Assembly: GCA_963663965.2 (NCBI GenBank)
Contig: CAXXFK010000016.1
Span: 1-64,000 of the forward strand
Source: Sedimentisphaerales bacterium
GTDB taxonomy: Bacteria > Planctomycetota > Phycisphaerae > Sedimentisphaerales > SM23-30
Direction: 5' to 3'
DNA: 64,000 nucleotides
Shown: in pieces, positions 62,556-64,000 of the stretch
How the letters are laid out: each line of letters begins with the position of its first letter
Numbering within the stretch: position 1 is the first letter of the stretch
Notes under the pieces: model-generated
What the model was told of the DNA's origin: nothing
Seen by the model: the letters and a program-made list of their open reading frames with translations, nothing else
The model's database searches: none
Translations under genes and position numbers: made by a program

Positions 62556-63139
62556 TGAGAAAAAACACTAAAATCACTTTATGGGGTATTATTGGCGTTA
62601 TGGCAATCTCTGCCGCAAGCTTTGGTTTATACCAGACTCTGAAACCAGCAGCGCCCGATCCCCAAACCGCCACACCCGATGAAGTAATCAACTATTTAAG
62701 TAGTGATCGGTTTGCCAAATTAGCTGTTACCGACAGGCAAAATTATATGCAGCGCTTCCATGACAGCCAATTTCAAAATGATATGTTCTTTTTCAATCTG
62801 GATCCGGGCAATTTATCGGAAGAAAAACGCCTTGCGTTAATGAAAAACGTATTGCCCGCTGTCGCGCCGATGATCAAACAGCGGCTGAATGAATACGAAA
62901 GTTTACCCCAGGCCCAGCAAATGGCTCGATTGGATACTATTATCGATCATATGCTGCGGAATCAAAAAAGTGGCGCTCCAGTTGGCCTCACCCCGCAACG
63001 CTTGAATCTGATATTACAATATCTTGATCCGGAAACCCGTGCGCAAATTCGAAAACACGTGCCCGATTTATTGATACGAATGGGCCAACGATCTATTAAA
63101 CCACCCAATACCATGGCCAATCGATCAGTTCAAGCTTAA
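62555..63139 (+). CDS. Hypothetical helical protein with N-terminal TM
   Basis: TGATG overlap with the prepilin gene. Confidence 0.7.
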   Translation: MRKNTKITLWGIIGVMAISAASFGLYQTLKPAAPDPQTATPDEVINYLSSDRFAKLAVTDRQNYMQRFHDSQFQNDMFFFNLDPGNLSEEKRLALMKNVLPAVAPMIKQRLNEYESLPQAQQMARLDTIIDHMLRNQKSGAPVGLTPQRLNLILQYLDPETRAQIRKHVPDLLIRMGQRSIKPPNTMANRSVQA

Positions 63140-63389
63140 CATTCAGGTTTAACGCATACTTAATTACTTATTTACGTAATATTCTGGTCTGGACGGAATT
63201 ATCCATGAATGGTACACTGTAGTGATTTAGTCTCTTACGAGTGAAATTTTGCGCAATATGGCAAATAAATCTCGACAGGGAGGCGGATGCCACTGTGACC
63301 CTGTTTGGCTCCGGCACTGCCGGTTTAGGCAATTTCGCTATCCATTTTTAAGCATTACCAGCTAGTGTCATACGTTGAAAGGATTTGTG

Positions 63390-64000
63390 ATGCGTAAGCG
63401 ATTTGTTCTACTGCTGATATTACCGGTATTTATACCGTTAGCCTGTCAAAACAGCAATCCGGATGCCGGTAACTTAAAAGGCAAAATCGCTTCTAAACCC
63501 CTCTATCGCGATCCGGTTTACGATGGCGCGGCCGATCCGGTTTTATGCTGGAACCGCCAGGAAAAGAAATGGTTCATGTTTTATACCAATCGTCGCGCCA
63601 ACGTCCCTGGCCTTCCCGGCGTAAGTTGGGTACATGGCACACCGATCGGAATCGCCGAATCGATAGATAACGGCGCCACCTGGCAATATCGCACGACGGC
63701 AGATATTGATTATGGCGAAGGCGAATTCAGCTATTGGGCTCCCGAAGTGATTTATCACGATGGACGCTATCATATGTTTCTTTCTTTTGTTCCGGGTATG
63801 CACAATGACTGGGGCGGTACCCGTAGTATCATTCATCTGACCAGTAATGACCTGTTAAAATGGCATTACCGTTCAACACTCCAACTGGCATCCAACCGGG
63901 TCATCGATGCCTGCGTGATCCAACTGCCTGATGGCAATTGGCGGATGTGGTATAACAATGAACCGGATCGTAAATCCATCTATTTTGCCGATAGCCCGGA
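63390..64000 (+). CDS. Five-bladed beta-propeller glycoside hydrolase lipoprotein (GH43-like), truncated by the window end
   Basis: Translated by hand: LAC lipobox, DGAADP, FYTNRRA, YWAPEV, VIDACV. Confidence 0.75.
   Translation, partial: MRKRFVLLLILPVFIPLACQNSNPDAGNLKGKIASKPLYRDPVYDGAADPVLCWNRQEKKWFMFYTNRRANVPGLPGVSWVHGTPIGIAESIDNGATWQYRTTADIDYGEGEFSYWAPEVIYHDGRYHMFLSFVPGMHNDWGGTRSIIHLTSNDLLKWHYRSTLQLASNRVIDACVIQLPDGNWRMWYNNEPDRKSIYFADSP

Noticed and set aside
63259..63335. c-di-GMP-I riboswitch-like start (GGCAAA...GGATGC)
   Set aside because: The GNRA loop, GCAAAG and a convincing P1 are missing; an Rfam search would be needed.

Overview
Bacterial chromosomal window, most likely from a Planctomycete (Phycisphaerae/Sedimentisphaerales-like). 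This is inferred from the H-X9-DG prepilin protein, a Tat sulfatase and secreted LamG/GLUG/PASTA/dockerin-like proteins. Bases 1-29 kb are a surface-polysaccharide locus with three parts. (1) A nucleotide-sugar run: DUF2723 GT-C, ugd, a plant-type glucuronokinase coupled to a galU-like gene, a UDP-GlcA epimerase, gmd, fcl, and wbpA- and wbpP-like genes. (2) A UpxY/RfaH-type antiterminator, a priming sugar transferase and an AsnB-like amidotransferase. (3) An export operon: wza - exosortase - epsI - giant TPR - wzc. A 161-bp MITE sits inside the sugar operon. Next come tRNA-Leu(TAG), a candidate activator-driven small RNA, dprA, aroB, SPFH and Zn-ribbon genes, and several frameshifted secreted-protein genes (32-46 kb, probably sequencing indels). 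These are followed by a GT4/GH130 pair, a graveyard of ISL3 and Y1-transposase fragments with REP-like palindromes (50.2-52.8 kb), and a GH95, lyase-like, serine hydrolase, prepilin and truncated GH gene set. The best candidate for an undescribed system is a bacterial glucuronate salvage route (glucuronokinase plus a GalU-like uridylyltransferase) wired into EPS precursor supply. All protein calls come from motif recognition by eye; no database searches were run.
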